DNA of 64,000 nucleotides from Scyliorhinus canicula (Eukaryota). The notes beneath the pieces are model-generated. The model had not been told where the DNA came from and searched no databases. It saw only the letters and a list, made by a program, of their open reading frames with translations. Shown here in pieces: positions 59,555-64,000 of this stretch. The DNA lies in contig NC_052171.1 in NCBI RefSeq assembly GCF_902713615.1, positions 14,635,958 to 14,699,957 on the forward strand, written 5' to 3'. The first letter of the stretch is position 1. Each line of letters begins with the position of its first letter. The position numbers were made by a program, and so were the translations under genes.

Positions 59555-60385
59555 TGGATGTTGAATCTTGCATGTCTCCTCATCCTACGCAATAAATATG
59601 AAATATGTACTGCGCTCGCCATTGTGTTTAACGAAAATATGTAGATCAGGCTTTTTCAGGTTGAGTTCTTGAAATTTGGAAGCAATTTGATACCATGCAT
59701 ATATTTTGTCAAATACAGTATTATATTGTTTCACAGGACATTCGCTTAGTATTATTTGCCGTATGATATTTTCGTCCTTATTTTATTCTTTCTTTTCCGT
59801 GTGGTTGCGCCAATTGACATTCGATCCATAGATTAGACCGAATCTCGCAAAGGACTTACCGTAAAGAACATGATGTAATCTATTTGCTACACATCTAAAA
59901 CACCGAGCTTTCATCAGCCAAGTCTCTACTGGACTCAAATACAGAACATTACCATGCCTCGCAGATAATTACGCCAGGACATGTGCTGACCACACCAGCT
60001 GCAAACAATACAGTGATGGGAAAACCATGTAAAAAAATGTTTCCCTGAAATTAGGGCTACGTTTATTGTAGCCGTGCCAGATAAAACGCCTGAAGGTATT
60101 GTCAATTAATGTGTTTTGTATCTTAGTCATAAACAAGGCTTTTTTTAATTGAATCAAAGAAATTCGGAGCAGAAATAATTCCTTTTGCCTCAAATGCCTT
60201 CCCAACCATTCAACAAGAGCGTGTTCTACCGGTCTCTGGTCATAACTCAATTTTACTGCTTGTCATCCATAACACCTGACTGCGTCAGATATTAAGATCA
60301 TGCCGATCTCAGTCTTTAATGAATGCTGTGACACATCCTACACAGACCTGCTTCCGAAATCAAACATTTTGTCATCAACTACCCT

Positions 60386-60978
60386 CACATGAATACACAC
60401 ACATATACACTCACCCATATAAACACACACATACACGCACATACAGACAAAGACATACACAGATACTCACACCCATGAACGCATAACCATGCATCCACAC
60501 ACAAATACACACATAAACACTCAGATGCATACGCGCATACACACCGTCCTGCACACCCATTCACAGACACACATACACAGCCAACCAGACATACACACCG
60601 GCATATTCACACATACACACACATTATAAATGCCCGCACATGCACGTAAACAGATGCACACTACCATATGCACACAGACGCGCACACCCACAGGCACACA
60701 AACATGCAAAATCGTACACATGCTGACACACATAGATACACGCACATACACGCACGCATAAACACACACATACACGCGCCCCTGCCCATATCCACATGCA
60801 TACATGCACGCATAAATGCACACACCCATAAACATACATACAAAAACATGCTGTCACACGCACACATCCATATATCCACACATATATAGACAAAAGCACA
60901 CACGGAAACACGTAAACACATGCATGCACAGCACATACACAGACACGTATACAGACACAACCCACTAAGAACAGACAT
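60386..60978. repeat. Long degenerate (CA)n-rich tract
   Basis: About 590 bp of interrupted CA/TA/CG dinucleotides. Confidence 0.9.
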
Positions 60979-61905
60979 GCTGTTCTGCTAAAAATCTGGG
61001 ATCAAATTCTGATAGATAATTAACACCTTACAGCACTCAAAATTTAAGTGTTGATGCTGAGTCCAAGAGGACTGGATTTGCTTAGTTTCATAAGGTTTAA
61101 AGTGCCGTTGATTCAATTTTCTTTACGTTCGTTGCTTCACACTCTGCCATTCAGACACATTTTCGTGGCCATTTGAGTCTCGAGGCAACAGAGGAGCAAG
61201 AATGTGAGTGAGGATCTCAGTGACACAAAACTGGAAAGAAACAGGAAGTTTCTGATTATACTACTAACCTTGTCCAACATTTCCAAACTTATGCTGCAGT
61301 TAACGGTTCTAGAATTGTTATAATAGAGCATTGCAGGTAGGGATATCATTGGTCACAACGATTCTGAATGTACATTTGGAAATGTCGAATGGGTGCTCTG
61401 AATTGAAATTGTCCACGCACACATAGCCCAGGTCAGCACATATTTTGAGAAAACAGGGCAACAATGCAGTGAAATGTCCAATCACATCAAGTATTATCTT
61501 GATCACGACCGCAACAGGACTATTTATCCGTTGATTTCCAATTGACAGATGGATGTGAAGTAATCATCTGGAAATAAATGGCAGCTTCGGTCCGGGCGAA
61601 AAGGCAAAGCATGAGAACCAGAGCGATTCCCAAAGGGAAGGGTAGGTGATGAAGAGGGTGTTGGGGAGGGGGATGTCATAAAACTCTCTTCTACACTTCC
61701 GCTGTTCTATTCTCAAGTCCATAGATCAGAAAATGAAACGTGTTCCTACAAAATATGAATTTCTCCAGATACAGGAAATCTAATTGTGTGAACGTTTTTT
61801 CCGTTGATTTTTGGAGAACCATAATCGATTCCACGTCATTTTCATTTCCCATCCTTATTGCCACCGTCCGCCACAATCTGCCATTCATTGAATGATGAAG
61901 CAACA

Positions 61906-62264
61906 ATAGAACATAGAACATAGAACAGTTCAGCACAGAACAGGCCCTTCGGCCCTCAATGTTGTGCCGAGCCATGATCACCCTACTCAAACCCACGTAT
62001 CCACCCTATACCCGTAACCCAACAACCTCCCCCCCTCCTCCCCTCCTTAACCTTACTTTTATTAGGACACTACGGGCAATTTAGCATGGCCAATCCACCT
62101 AACATCTTTGGACTGTGGGAGGAAAGCGGAGCACCCGGAGGAAACCCACGCACACAGGGGGAGGACGTGCAGAATCCACACAGACAGTGACCCAGCCGGG
62201 AATCGAACTTGGGACCCTGGAGCTGTGAAGCATTTATGCTAACCACCATGCTACCCTGCTGCCC
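61906..62264 (-). mobile_element. HE1-like V-SINE, subfamily A
   Basis: Near-identical to 3808-4162. Confidence 0.92.
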
Positions 62265-64000
62265 CCGAATGGAGGCAGACCTTGTTATGGCATACCCGAA
62301 TGTTCGCATTTCCAGAGCTCCAGGTCAGCAACTCCGAATGAGTTATCCTTGGGGCAGGTTAGTGGAATCGTAGCTCATCCGCATCATGGTAACCTGCATT
62401 TAGCAGAGTCGCTTAATAGTGCACGCTCTGGATAATTTACTTTCAGTTTAGTCTCACTTTTGGTTATGTTCTCCAGCCCTTCAGTTTCTGAAACACTGAT
62501 CTCCCTTCCCAGCTTTGAGTATTTTTCATGGAACTCCATAATTTCCACACTCCAATCTCGCTTCTGCCCACTGCCACAAACACGACTACAATGTCAGCTA
62601 ATACTTCATGTATTGATGTAAATATTGCTAATTAGAGACGTACAATTGCACAGGAAACAACGTGAAAGTAAACGACTTAAAATCTCTCTCAAAATATCAA
62701 ACAGATTGAAGGAGATGGAAGAACAAGTCAGAATATTTCTTTATAAACCGCATGGGTTCGTAAAAGGGGAAATGTAGAACGACCTTCAGCAAACGTAATT
62801 TTGGCATAGAATAATAAATATGAATTGATACATCAATTTAACACAGTGTGAAAAATTGTGTAAGCAACAACATTGAAACAGCACCATCAATAGATATGTA
62901 TGAAAATGCATTGAGAATATTGTCAGATAATGTAATTCAGAATAATAAAAATAATAACGCTAATATCAGCTGCTGTTCCAGCTCCTCTGTTGCTTTCAAA
63001 TGTCTTTTGAACTTATACAACACTCTCCCACTGTTCTAATGAGCTGGAATGTTTTGGCACATGTGTCACATGGAATCAGACAGGTTTAGCATGGGTAAAT
63101 ATGTCTGGGATTCTCGCAGTAATTCTTGCAGTTGAGCTCACCTACACACAGACTTCGACAGATCTATCAGTTAGTGCGATATCCTTCGAATATTTAAATA
63201 TTTTGGCTGATTCCGTTGTTAAACAGGAGCAGCGGGAGACGATAAGTATGGACTGACATTTCAGATTTCCGAAAATGTCAATCGAGAATTTGAAATAATT
63301 CTCATCAGATGCAGTATATTCTAAATAGGTCTGGACCTGATCGATTAAAAAAATATGATGCAAGTAAATCCACCTATACACTGAATGAAGCAGCAGAAAA
63401 TTAAATACAGCATTTTCAATATTCACTTGATAGAGCCGAATGCTCGAAGTAGCAATTCAATGTCACTTTCCCACTTTCACTTGTTTGAGGCCATATTCCG
63501 ATACCAGCCAGGAAAATTGTTCTACCTCTAAACGATTTATTTCGAACAGCCCTAATAGGTTTTCGACACCAGTAAAGTCATCTGTATTAGACGATTAGTT
63601 GGACGGACAGTTTGAAGAGGATCTGATACGGATTCATCTGATCACGGCAATTTTCGGGGAAGGGGGATCCACCATAACCAGACTTTCCAGCTCTTGTAAG
63701 AAAGCTTTAATGAGCCGAGGGTTTATTCATCTACCGTCCATTTTTGGAAGTGAGTTCCTGTTCCCTCATTGCAAAATCGTGTCTGCCATAATTCCTTTAA
63801 ACGTGAAACAAAGATGTTCAAATTCAAGACATTTGCATTTACTTTCGATAGTACCTCAATATTCTCAGCAGTAAAGGTACGTATTAATCCGGTATGTAAC
63901 TTACAATCATAGAAAAACTACTGTGTTGAAGGAGGGCATTCGGCCCAGAACGTAACTAGCCACAAACTTCAGGAATTGTTCAGGAATTGGGCACGATGCT

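Noticed and set aside
60385-60978. Cys/Val-rich and His/Thr-rich ORFs (also 58516-59261)
   Set aside because: They are translation artefacts of CA/TG dinucleotide tracts.

Overview
Repeat-dense vertebrate nuclear DNA, most consistent with a cartilaginous fish (shark). This is inferred from HE1-type V-SINEs whose tails match CR1 LINEs, Penelope-like elements (PLEs), a Rex1/Babar LINE and a two-exon GPR139-like receptor gene. Layout: (1) 1-1.4 kb, 5' LTR and gag start of an LTR retroelement on the minus strand; (2) 1.4-15.2 kb, a decayed, internally duplicated and inverted tRNA-His/tRNA-Asn array invaded by SINEs, a PLE and an RT-deleted CR1; (3) 15.7-25.7 kb, a second, related, decayed retrovirus-like element with coiled-coil Gag, a UGA-CGG gag/pol junction, cleanly deleted RT, two RNase H domains, integrase and a probable env remnant; (4) 25.8-50.8 kb, nested CR1 LINEs (three near-identical young copies, one with an open 830-codon ORF2 segment), a 36-bp minisatellite, a Rex1 LINE and a ~435-bp PLE-derived element with two tandem hammerhead ribozyme motifs 306 nt apart; (5) 51.0-57.2 kb, the only well-supported host protein gene, a GPR139-like GPCR; (6) CA/TG-rich repeats and unassigned sequence to the end. 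The two best candidates for novelty are the dual-RNase-H, lokiretrovirus-like element family and the tandem-hammerhead retrozyme-like unit. All calls are by eye with no database searches, and boundaries of decayed repeats are approximate.
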